Below, in pieces: positions 37,690 to 50,149 of a stretch of 64,000 nucleotides of DNA (the first letter of the stretch is position 1; each line of letters opens with the position of its first letter). A program made the position numbers and the translations under genes. A model generated the notes under the pieces. That model was not told the origin of the DNA, did no database searches, and saw only the letters and a program-made list of their open reading frames with translations. Where the stretch lies: assembly GCA_040954595.2 (NCBI GenBank), contig CM082588.2, positions 11,020,844-11,084,843 of the forward strand, read 5' to 3'. This stretch comes from Balanoglossus misakiensis. Its lineage: Eukaryota; Animalia; Hemichordata.

Positions 37690-40277
37690 GTGTTACGGTA
37701 CCACCTGCTCCACAATAACAAAGCTGACTCGAGCCAACGAACGACGTACAATTTACTCGCACGGTGTAATATAACGCACAAATTCCATGCGACTGTGAGT
37801 TTACTGTTTGGTGCTGTAACGCTTCCCAAAGTCAGAATTTCGATGTTGGGGGGACCCTCTCGCCCTACCACGACCAGTTTTTGCTAGAAGGAGTGTACAT
37901 GTACTTGTAAAATAACATTAAATGCCATGCTTACCAGAGAAACGACATCATCAAGCATGGAGGCGACCGGGACCTCCATGCTTGATGAACGTCAAAGCTG
38001 CAATGATTTTTCAAATGCAATGGTCAGCGGTACGAGAACGAGGCACCAGCTGTGCGTCAATTATGCAACTTACTTACTACTCAATCAGAATCCTGCTTCA
38101 ACATGACGTAACACTAATTAGTCAAAGAATGCAATGCAACGTATGTGTGCGGGTGGAGAATGCGCCTCACGTCAATGCAGACACACCAGACACACACACT
38201 GAAATGCAAATTGAGGAATTATGTCACGGTGTTCTTTGGAAGTGCGAATGAATAAAATATTTCGTTTTCTTCAGTGTTTTTGTACTACAAAACAAATTGC
38301 TAAAAAACGACTAGCAAGCGCTTATGCAATGAAATACAAATAAATATAATTATCGCCAATTGGAAATGGAACGTCAATCCGCATTTGTCAAAAAATAACA
38401 GAAAAGACAAAGGAGCTGAGACGTCCTGAAATAAAAGGAATGACCTCTCTGTTCTGACCTGTATGAGGAAGCCCTATTGTAATACGCAATATGTCGGATC
38501 ATGCTACCATCCGCCATTCTGATTGGACGAGAGATCAATCCATCGATACGAAAGTACTCAATAGAGCACTGCTAAAACTGGCCCCTGAACTAATAGCATG
38601 CAACAGGGAAAACTTGACTAAATAAAAAAAAATATAGCTGATAAATTTACGGACGGCCGGTTTATTTTTTAACTGCTCTAATGGAACTGTTGTCACTGTC
38701 ATGCACGATGCATGTCTTGTCATTGCGCACTCGTGTTAACATTCATCAGAGCGCCTTTCGATCAATTCGTAACGTTTACATTAGACTCGAGTTCATTTTC
38801 GTTATGAAAATGACATTGATATACACAAAGTCGATTACTGATATAAAATAATAGCAATAACCCTAACCATAGATTAGGCTATAGCATTCCGGTAATTTTT
38901 TCAATATCACTCAGGAAGGATTCTATAACATTCTGTTTTGTATCGGGATGTATAATTTAATATCCATACTACAAAACAAATATCAGCGGTAACTCAGAAA
39001 ATATTGTTGAAAATTTGTTCTCTGTAGGCCTAACCATGGTAAGATAATGCAATGCCGGTAAGTATTTTGGAAGTCAAGGTTGCATTGTATTGTCTGGTGT
39101 TCAAATAATCACAAACATCCCGGAAGACTAAATTCTTTCTGTCAAAACCACTTCTGCAACGACAAGATTTTTCAGGGCAGGCAAAACCATGGCATGAAGA
39201 CGATATGAAGTCGATGAGTTAATGTTATGTTGAACCCGGCCACTTTACGTATCTTAACTATTCACACATTGACCATTCTATAATTCTCTCCCTTTTGATG
39301 TCTTCTTTGTGGTTTGTTTGTAAAAATGTTGCCTGTGTTGAAACTTGACTACTTGTCACTTTTGCCTACCAAGAATAATATGACCAAAAGGGGTGGCATG
39401 AAATTCTAGACTGTAACAAAACTCGATTTCATGACCCAAAGTTTGATTTTATGTGTTTTTGGTTTGGACGTGGCAAAGACATGTAAATTCCGACCACCTA
39501 TACACCATCCATACATGTATGAATCGACATCATTTATTGCACGAGAGACTTCAAGCAAGCATTCCATCATCGCAAAAGGACAAAGAGAGAGCGACTTTGT
39601 CTCTTTAAAGTAATTTAGCAAGTTCAAAGTGAATGCCCACATGAAAACCTTTACTCAGCAATTTTTTTTGTAATTAATAAAACTAGGTTTGGTATGTTTT
39701 TGCGCTTGTTTTATTTTCCTTTTGTCTATAAATAGTCGTATATTTTAAAACAGCTAAAATGAGTCAAATGGGGCATTTTTCCATCCCACCTCATCCTAGC
39801 TAAGAGCTTCAGTGCCGGTCACCTCCACAAAATTAATTTACCACGAACAAATTGAAATACAGCCAATCGGAAAAAGTGCGCCACCACATGGTCATTTGAA
39901 GACTTTTATGCTCTCTTCTGGCCGTAAACGCATGTGATCTGGAATAAATCGAACATCGATCGTGTTTTATTTATTTTCACCACCAGCGAAAATCTACGAC
40001 GGCCCAACCGCAGATTATTGCTGCTCCATACAACAACCGGCTTAAACTGTTCTGTGCATGTGTTTTGTGTTCTGGTGGCGTTTGCGGGTCTGAGACGTCA
40101 TTTGTAGAAGGCCCTATTCGTTTTCTACCAATAACTTTTACCAACCATGCTAGAACTATTTCGTTTTCTTTGACGACGCTTGACACTTTTCTTGCTTTGT
40201 TGTTAGTACATGTAGTTTGTTTGTTCGTTACGTCTGTTACTGGGGTTCTTCACTTGTAGTCTGGTTACACTATGAGA

Positions 40278-43200
40278 TAGGTGCCGTTAATCAGAATTTT
40301 TGGTAAGGAAGGTTTGAGAAGTCCATTCTATGTAAAAAATGGTGCTCATTCCAAAAAAGTCAGTCTTATTAACCCCACTCAAGACAAAATTGCCATTTTG
40401 GCCATTTTTAACCCCAAAATGGTCTTTTTTAGAAAACACTAAAAACACATTGTTTTCGTCACATTCTGAGATCTGATAACATATGATATGCTTATTCTAT
40501 GTAAAATTTGGTGAATATTACGAAAAAAGTAGTTCGATTGACCCAAAACAACAGAAAATTGCCTTTTTGACCAATTTTTGCCCCAAAAACGTCATTTTTA
40601 GAAAAAAAATAAAACACACGGTTTTCTTCATAATGATTGATCTGGTGATATATGGAAAGTCAATTCTATGTTAAAAGTGGTGACTTTAAAAAATAAAGCA
40701 GTCTTTTTGACCTCAATCAATACAAAAATGCCATTTTTGGCCACTTTTTGTGGTCAAAAAAGGTCATTTTTACAAAAAAACTAAAAATAAATTGTGTTTA
40801 TCATATTCAGAGATCATTGGATATATGAAATGTCCATTCTATGTAAAAAATGGTGCTGATTCCAGAAATAGCAGTCTTATTGACCCTACTCAAGAAAAAA
40901 TGCCATTTTTGCCACTTTTTGCCCCAAAACGTCATTTTCAGAAAACACACAAAATTTATATATTTTCTTCACTTTCGGAGATCTGATAATGTATTATATG
41001 CCCACCCTATGTAAAATCTGGTGATTATTCGAAAAAAGCAGATTTATTGACCCAACCTAATGCAAAAATGCCCTTTTGGAAAGTTTTTGCCCAAAAAGGC
41101 CATTTTTAGAAAAAAATTTAAAAACAAACTTTTCTTCATAAAGCTCAGAGATCATGTGATATATGAAATGTTCATCCTATGTAAAAAATGGTGCTGATTC
41201 CAGAAATAGCAGTCTTATTGATCCTACTCAAGAAAAAATGCCATTTTGCCACTTCTTGCCCCCAAAACGTCATTTTCAGAAAACACTCAAAATTTATATA
41301 TTTTCTTCACTTTCGGAGATCTGATAATGAATTATATGCCCACTGTATGTGAAAAATTTCCAAAAAAGCAGTTTTATTGATGCCACTCAAGATAAAAGTG
41401 CCTTTTTGGCAAGTTTTTGCCCAAAAAGTGTCATTTCTAGAAAATACGAAAATTATGCCATTTTCTTCCCATTGGTGATCAAATGATAAATAAAAGTACT
41501 AAAAAACCCACTCTTACTGACCCCACTGAGGGAAAAAAATATCATTTTGGCCTCTTTGCTCAAAAAGGTAACTGTTAGAAAAAATAAATACAAACTTATT
41601 CCTTAATATTCAGAGCCCTTGTGATGTATGTAAATTCGTTTTTTGTGTGTGTGTGTGTGCAAAAAATATGCTGATACCAGCACAACGGTCTTATTGAGAC
41701 ACCCCGCTCAGTACAAAATTGCCATTTAGCCATCTTTTGGTCAACAATAGGCATTTTCAGAAAACAAATATAATTGATGTTTTTGCCTTTTGTGTTCTGA
41801 TGTTGTATATGCATATTTAAAACGCCATAACCATATAATGTCAATTAAATTGATGATATTGAAAGACAGGGTTGCCACAATTTGGCAAATTTAGCCCAAA
41901 ACTGAACTTAACAATAAGATGATCCATGTATACGCACTGTCTACTATAAGTCGATTATGCGTGGTGTGGAATATTTAGGTTCAGATATGCCAGCTCGGGA
42001 GAGAGTGTTGAAATTTATTCTCTTCAATCTGAATACAAAATCAGAAATTATATTATAATTTATATCATACTGATTGGACAGGAGTGCAACGATGCTAGAA
42101 TACTCAATAGAGCACTGCTAAAACTGGCCCCTGAACTAGCACGCAGCAGGGAAAATGTGGGTTTAAACTAAATAAACATAAAACCCTTGACGTTTTAATT
42201 TGGAACTGCTGTATGGGAATATTTGGGCAATGTGCAATGCCTTTCTTTTGTCATCTGTATCATGTTTAGAGCTTGGTCCCGGGCGGCGTGTTTACATTCA
42301 TTGACGCGAGTTTTGTTCCATTCGTAACTTCTTTTCCTCTCGACGCTGTTTCATCATCATTATGAGTTCAACTTGGGCTAATTTTGCAAAAACTCCAAAT
42401 ACAAACATTTTTTCGGTACAAAATGGCTAAAATGATAATTTTTTCTTGAGTAGATCTATTTTTGGCTACAAACAGCAAAAAAGGCAATTTTGACAACCAG
42501 AGTGCCGTTTTTGGAATAGTCACCAAATTTTACACAGAATGGACTTTTCATACATGATCAGATCTCTGAATATGGAGAAAACAATTTGTCTTTAGTTTGT
42601 TTGTTTTTAATGAACATTTTTGACCAAAAAAGTGGCCGAAATTACAAATTTCAATTGAATAGGGTAAGTAAGACTTCCGTTTTTGGAACAGTAACCACGT
42701 TTCAATATAGAATGGGCTTTTATTTATAATAAGATCACCGAAAGTGAAGAAAAGAGAATGCTTATTAATATATTCTTAAAAATAACAATTTTGTGCAAAA
42801 CTTAGCCAAAAAGGTGATTTCGTCATGGTTGAGGTCATTAAGACTGCATTTCTGGAATCAACACCTATTTTACAATAAATGTACTTTTCACACATCATAG
42901 AATCTCCAAATAAGAATCAAACAGTTTGTTTATAATGATTTTCGAAAAGTGGCTTTTTGGGCAAAAACTTGTCAAAAAAGCACTGTTTTCTTGAGTGGCG
43001 CTAGTAATTTTTTTTTGAATTTTTTCACATAGAGTGGGTACATAATACATCATCATCTCCGAAAGTGAAGAAAATATAAAAGTTTTGGGTGTTTTCTAGA
43101 AATGACACTTTTTGGGCAAAAACTTGCCAAAGGGCACTTTTATCTTGGGTGGCATCAATAAAACTGCTTTTTTGGAAATTTTTCACATAAAGTGGGCATA

Positions 43201-44240
43201 TAATACATTATCAGATCTCCGAAAGTGAAGAAAATATATAAATTTTGAGTGTTTTCTGAAAATGACGTTTTTGGGGCAAAAAGTGGCAAAAATGGCATTT
43301 TTTCTTGAGTAGGATCAATAAGACTGCTATTTCTGGAATTAGCACCATTTTTTACATAGGTTGAACACTTCATATATCACATGATCTCTGAGCTTTATGA
43401 AGAAAAGTTTGTTTTTAATTTTTTTTTCTAAAAACGGCCTTTTTGGGTAATAACTTTCCAAAAGGGCATTTTTGCATTAGGTTGGGTCAATAAATCTGCT
43501 TTTTTGGAATAATCACCAAGTTTTACATAGGATGGGCATATAAGTGAAGAAAATATATAAATTTTGAGTGTTTTCTAAAAATGACGTTTTGGGGCAAAAA
43601 GTGGCAAAAATGGCATTTTTTTTCTTGAGTAGGGTCAATAAGACTGCTATTTCTGAAATCAGCACCGTTTTTTACATAGAATGGACACTTCATATATCCA
43701 ATGATCTCTGAATATGAAAAACACAATTTATTTTTAGTTTTTTTGTAAAAATGACCTTTTTTGACCTCAAAAAGTGGCCAAAAATGGCATTTTTGTATTG
43801 ATTGAGGTCAAAAAGACTGCTTTTTTTTTAAAGTCACCACTTTTAACATAGAATTGACTTTCCATATATCACCAGATCAACTATTATGAAGAAAACCGTG
43901 TTTTTTAATTTTTTTCTAAAAATGACGTTTTTTTGGCAAAAAATGGTCAAAAAGGCAATTTTCTGTTGTATTGGGTCAATCGAACTATTTTTTTCGTAAT
44001 ATTCACCAAATTTTACATAGAATAGGCATATCATATGTCATCAGATCTTAGAATGTGACGAAAACAGTGTGTTTTTTGTGTTTTCTAAAAAAACACCATT
44101 TTTGGGTTAAAAATGGCCAAAATGGCAATTTTGTCTTGAGTGGGGTCAATAAGACTGACATTTTTGGAATCAGCACCATTTTTTACATAGAATGGACCTC
44201 TCAAACCTTCCTTACCAAAAATTCTGATTAACGGCATCTA
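40278..44240. mobile_element. Foldback-type non-autonomous DNA transposon with >1-kb TIRs made of ~120-bp subrepeats
   Basis: TAGGTGCCGTTAATCAGAATTTTTGGTAAGGAAGGTTTGAGA at the left end is mirrored by TCTCAAACCTTCCTTACCAAAAATTCTGATTAACGGCATCTA at the right end. ORFs are mirrored too (40483+/44034-, 40750+/43726-). TSD is ambiguous (possibly TA). Confidence 0.9.
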
Positions 44241-44438
44241 GCTCCTGGACTAGGTCCCCTGCCCCATTCCCACTGCCATCGGCGCTACGCTCAAGGGCGC
44301 AGCCAGCGGTGGGAATGGGGCAGGGAACAGACTACTTCACTTGTGGAATAAAGTGCTCATTTCTTGTGTATCTGCATTTTGTCGATGTTATCGCTCCTCT
44401 GGCAGAGAAGCCAGGGTGCTAGCTGTTGGCTTTAATAA

Positions 44439-44693
44439 GGGACTGTTCAGAATTTACTTCCAGGGGGCGGAGAATTTTCAGAGGGGGGGGGGGGACCACC
44501 CATTTTCTCCAAGACAAATTAGGGGAGACTAGACATAAAAGTCACAATAGGGGGACCATGGAAAATCCCCAGGAAATTTAAGGGGGGACCACATATTTCC
44601 TCCACAATTTACTAGGGGAGACCATGGGAAAAAATCACCAGGAAAATAAAAAATCCTCCATCCCCAACTTGGAAGTAAATTCTGAACAGTCCT
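44439..44693. mobile_element. Harbinger-like MITE
   Basis: TIR GGACTGTTCAGAATTTACTTCC / GGAAGTAAATTCTGAACAGTCC. TAA on the left and TCA on the right (degenerate 3-bp TSD). Internal GGGGGACCA repeats. Confidence 0.75.
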
Positions 44694-46249
44694 TCATGGT
44701 TGTTTGTTTGTTTGTTTGCCTGTTTGTTTATTCGTATCTTTGTTTGTTTGTGTATTCTATCTCATTTAATATGATGCTTCTGTCACATTTGGCATTTACT
44801 GTCGCATAAACAATGACCAAACCGACTCGACTGCGTTTGGATGCACGATGGACTTAAGAGTGAATCCATCGGTGTTTACCGGCCAAAACAAAACCGTTTG
44901 ATTTCTTTAACACTGTTGCAACAAGTGAGACCCTAGTACATGTAGTATATAAATCAGAAGTCCGGTGCATGTTTGCCAGTGACACCTACCACAAAATGGT
45001 ATCGCCCAAATAATGTTGGGCGCGCCCGTGGAAGTTATAAGCCCGGCGCTTTTTCCTCATGATTAATAAAACAGTTAACACAACATTGGAAATTCAGCCA
45101 ATTTGTCCCTGTTTTGTAGAAATAGTGCGAGCTATACATGGCGAAAAGTTTTTCAAAAAATAGATCAAAATGGGAATTCAAATTAGTGAATATTATTGGC
45201 ACTTACAGAGTTTTAATTCAAAATAGAGGATTCATTCCAATGAATATGCAAGTCAAGAAGTCACATAGGGATCATGACAATGACCTATTGATCATGTCAT
45301 GATGATTATGTACAAGAGAGAAGTAAAAAACTGGTTATTGCTTGAATTTCATGTTTCTTTTTAATCAGATGTAGTCAACAGTCTTTCAACAAGTCTATAA
45401 CATGATTTTGAAATGATTTTCAAAAGTACACAATTCCATACGAAAATGTTACTTTAAGATTTGTAAATTTTTCTGTATATTTGAGTTCACGTGCATAGGC
45501 TGACTCAAACATTCTTTGCATCAACATTTACCGTCCTTTCAAAAATCTTGCCTGTAGTCCAGGTTTTACATTTGCACTTAATAGCATTATAACACCATCA
45601 TGTCATCCACATGTTACCCTCACAGCCAGTCACTGTGTGTATATTGTGATTCATGAAGTACATGTAGTGCTACATATTTTTTGTGGAGATGAGACACACA
45701 CACACATAGCAACCGATAGACAGACTGCTTGATAATATACTCTGACTGATCCCTAAAGCTGAAACTTGTATGTGTTTGTACATACAACACAAAGGAACTA
45801 AAAATAGGGCATTCACATAGGGACCATTGAAAGTTTTCTGAAACATCTCAACTCAAACATTGACATAAAAAATACTTTGTGAACAATTAAAGTCTTCCTG
45901 GAACGTTTCAGATTTGAGACGGTTTTGCCAGCCAGACCTGATCCGGTGTAATGATTAACACCTCTTCGCAACCCATTGTCTATGGGGCCGAGCCTCGCAG
46001 TGCCTATACATAAACTTTGTGTGTGTGGACACAAACGACTCAAAGGATTAATGCTCTGTGTTTACCATAGGCAAATAGTGTCTCAAATTTTTCCCTGCCT
46101 GAACCTGGTATCTGAAATGTTTCTCATTTTACCCAGTGTAAACATGGTGAAAGACAAAATGTCCTATACCTGTATAACATAGATCATAAATTTATAATAC
46201 CAGGGTTTACTTGGTCTGATTGAAGCTCTGTAATTGGTTGAAGCAAGGG

Positions 46250-46661
46250 TTTTTATTACATATGTACCGTCGATTACTTGCACCGAGCGCGCGCGTAACA
46301 TCGGTATTTGCACTCAGTGCAATACCAAAAACATTATGCTATACCTGTATGCAAATGAGTGGCCTGTTCACGAAACAAGCAATATCATTCCGCGGTCTCA
46401 TTTCTTTCATTTTCGGTCTTTTTTTCAAAATGGGATGAACATATGTAATAAAAACAGAACCCCATGGCTCAATCGTGCAAGCACGGCGTACCGGTAGTAT
46501 TTGCACTCGTGCTGGCGGTGTATTCTTGCTGCCCCCCGCACGAGCGACAGCGAGTGCGGGGGACGGGCACAAGAATACACCGCCAGACACTCGATGCAAA
46601 TACTACCGTTACGCCGTGCTTGCACGATCGAGCCATGGGGTTCTGTCATAACATTCTCTAC
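46250..46661. mobile_element. Hairpin-ended non-autonomous element (Crypton-like architecture, tentative)
   Basis: ~190-bp near-perfect palindrome at 46454-46646 with a GAGCGACAGCGAG centre, abutting a second inverted pair TTTTATTACATATGT (46251-65) / ACATATGTAATAAAA (46439-53). Confidence 0.6.
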
Positions 46662-47356
46662 TAGAAGACCTGAACAGTAAATAACTGAAATAAAATACAC
46701 AAAAGAGAATGCATCTGAATAGAACACAATTTATTAACTTGGATTGGTCATGGGCATCAGGGCGCTCTACTTAAGAAATTCTAGAACATGTTTGTACAAG
46801 TGGCATTTTCATGAGCAGTGAGCAACGAGGCCTTTCTGGCATGTAATACTTAAAATCCAAACATCAGATTTTTTATCACACAAAATCATATTATATATAA
46901 TGACATTATAAATGGTGTGCGCTTATATTTGGTTACGGATTTAAAACCTCTTTGAGGAAAATTTTGCAGAGAGGTCTTGTATCTACAACCAAATAACCAC
47001 TATGTTCATATCATTCAGATTGCTCAGTACTATCAGCGAGTTCACCAGTGGTTTCCAGAAATCTATAGGCTAAACATATGCCATTTTCATTGTGCCTCCC
47101 CCCATCTATTTCAATACAATAAATAATGGCTGGCTTGATTTTTCACCAGGACTTTTAAACAATAGTTTTTGTTAAGATATAGACAACATTCCAGATGTGT
47201 ATGAAAACTCGAGGAAAATAATAACATTTGACCTGTCATCAGTTGTGAATTAATTAAATATTTTCATAAACTACACATTATAATCAAATTTAAACTCGTA
47301 TGTAATGAATAATCGTCTCAACATAAGAGCTGCTAAGGCTAGACTCAACAGCACTA

Positions 47357-47845
47357 TCAACACGAAAGAATTACTATTTTCTTGCTGACGTATCTGGCGA
47401 TTATTCTGATTTGATAGTGTGTCGTTTCTTCTTCTGGGTTGCTCATACCCTTGCTGGCTGACATTTCTTTGTCGTATGTTTGTCTCTGTGGTAGCATTGT
47501 CATTGGCATTTCTCTGGGGGTGTTTTCTGTGTTGGCAGTTGCAGGTTCTGGTGCTAGGGGAGTGTTGACATCTGCCTGGGGTGTTGCATCGGCTGGCGGT
47601 TGAACGGTGTTGTCGTTGTTCGATGCCGCATCTCTGTGTCGTGGCGGCTGTCCGGCTCCTGCAAACGCAGCGTACTGAGACACGAATGGGTTCGGGTATG
47701 ACATCTGCTGGAAGTGTTGCTGGTATGCTGCGGCTGGATAGGGTGGGGGTTGTTGGTTCGCAGAAGCTACAGGCTGGGGTGTGTTTGTGCTTGTGCTTGT
47801 TGTGGCAGTATCAGCAGAGGTTGCTATGCTTTTCTTTGTCTCTTC
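47357..47845 (-). CDS. Probable terminal coding exon, ~162 aa, Pro/Thr/Gln/Ala-rich disordered region of an unidentified gene
   Basis: Polypyrimidine acceptor TTCTTTTTATCCTCCACAG|GAA in phase 0. The frame EETKKSIATSADTATT...QQPPPYPAAAYQQHFQQMSYPNPF...KKIVILSC* is open throughout. GC content is higher than the flanks. Upstream exons were not identified. Confidence 0.55.
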   Translation of the reverse strand, partial: EETKKSIATSADTATTSTSTNTPQPVASANQQPPPYPAAAYQQHFQQMSYPNPFVSQYAAFAGAGQPPRHRDAASNNDNTVQPPADATPQADVNTPLAPEPATANTENTPREMPMTMLPQRQTYDKEMSASKGMSNPEEETTHYQIRIIARYVSKKIVILSC

Positions 47846-50149
47846 CTGTGGAGGATAAAAAGAACACAGTGTTTTTGCAAAGGTCGGGGAACACTGGTAA
47901 TGGATTTGGGAACCCCGTTAATATTCCTATAACCTCCTAATATAACCACATTGATACACCCAGGGGAACCCCGGTAAAATGACTGGGGAACTCTGGTAGA
48001 CTGCCTGACCACTGTGACATTGGCCTTGTTCTGTTGTTTTAATTCGGAGTGACTGGGGTACTCCGGTAGATTTTATCTAGGTACCGCCCTTAACAAAAAC
48101 ACTAGAACAGAATCACAATTTGGAAGGCATGAGAGGCAAATACCACTTAAGGATGTACACGCACAACATAAACTGATAAACAGTGCATGTGTGTCTGTTC
48201 CTGAAAGGATTACATCGATAATTGCCAGAAAACAAACTTCTACTATTGTCTTTTTCACGAAATTTTACACATAGCTCAGTCAAGTAAACGTAAATTCATT
48301 GGTCAAAAAAAATTATGTGGTCACCAAGCTCTATTATGAGATAAATTGCGTTAAAATCTTCGCCCATAGACAAACCATTGGTGAAAAATGCTGAGACAGC
48401 AAATTTCTTCTATTATCAACTAAATTCATGGCTCTGTATTTTTTTTAAAAAGGGCAATGACCCCTACAATTTTTAACGAATTCTCATTATACATACACAG
48501 CATAATCCAAAAATCCACAATTAAAAGAATGACAATACTTTCAACGTGTATAATACCAGCATACACCTGTTTCAAGTCCAGTGTCCTAATACACCATCAT
48601 CATGAATTGGAACTCAAAGCAAGGCCAATGAGCAAACCCAGATTGACAACTCATTACACCAGCAAAGTGGTTTCTTTATGGAAGTGGTGGTACCAATAAA
48701 TACTTTATTCAAGGTAAGAATTTCTTATTGTAGCAGTATTTTCATTTCCATTCATGTTTTAAAGGCCTTTTTTGTAGATTCTGAGTTTCTATGCCAGACA
48801 AAGTATGATTATTTTTCCACTAATGCAGCCTGAATTAAAGTCAACATTTTTCACCATAGGTCTTTCTATGTTATTTTTCTATAGGCATGGACACATTTAA
48901 GTTTATCTCAAAACTGAGCACAGTGGTGAGCCTACAACTTATATGAATCACTCAATTTAATTTCATTTGGATGAGTTATGAGTGAAACTTCTTAAAATTA
49001 CAATAGTAGAAAAGGGTTTTCTATCAATTCTTAATGTTATCCTATGGGAAGAAACACATTCCATGAGCTCATACATGTAGTGTGTGCCATTCTTAACCCT
49101 TTCAGTATTATATGAATCAGATATAGAAGCTTGTTCAACGTCCCGTTGCGGCCAAGCCAATCAGATTGCACGTTATGTCAATCAAAACTGAAGGATACCT
49201 AAAGTTCTCTATAAGGCACCGTCTGATTGGTTTACTAGAGTTTTCAACGGGAGCTTCTATGGGAGTTGGTCAGATGTAGTGTGAGGCGACAGTATAAGAA
49301 TACCGTACTGCGAAGTAAAAGACGTCGCCGTACCCTACATCTGATTTTAATCAGATTGTATGCACACATAAGCTGGTTTAGAATACTGATAAACCCTGAT
49401 GAAACAATCTCAGTAAAATATATACAGATGAGAATGAGAATGCAGTTAAAGTTAAATATACATTCGTTGTATCTTTTGGCTTTATTTCCAGTATTTTTGT
49501 TCTATGTAGCAAATGCGATTTCATGTTCTACTCCACACAGATTGTTACTTGTCAGCACAGAATGTATGTGTATAATGGCCATTGTCATTGTTGACAATAA
49601 TTCATGGATTCTAGTCTGGACTTAAATTCCAATTTGGCACAATAACAATGCTGACCATACACATATATGTTTCATCATGTTTCGGGAATTTGCACAAGAA
49701 ACTGCTAAACAAAGATACTGAAAACATAGGAAAAAGGTAAAGGTAATGGAGCTTTAATTACAATTCACACTGTATACAAAATCCATGTAAAAATTCAAAA
49801 TACTGGATTTGTCAGCTTCAACTGATATGAGGGTCACACAAGAAATTGCTAAAACGTCTCAGATCAAATACTGGCATAAATTATTATTGGTGAATGGTTT
49901 AAGTGGTCCTGAATCTTCTCAGATTTGAGACACGTCTCTTACCAGGTTCACACAGGGTAAAATTTGAGACACTATTAGTCTATGGTAAACACAGAGCGTT
50001 AATACTTTGGGGGGGGGGGGGGTTAGCTGGGCAGGCCCGCCCTCCTTTATTTTTTGCCACCCTGCTATCTTACGCGCCGCCCTGCTTTCTTTTCATTCCC
50101 GCCTTGGTAAATATTTATTGTTTCTGGTGCACGCTCCCGCATGCGGCTG

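Noticed and set aside
37687-38251. Short ORFs on both strands right of the palindromic MITE
   Set aside because: No motifs, and no supported splice link to exon A.
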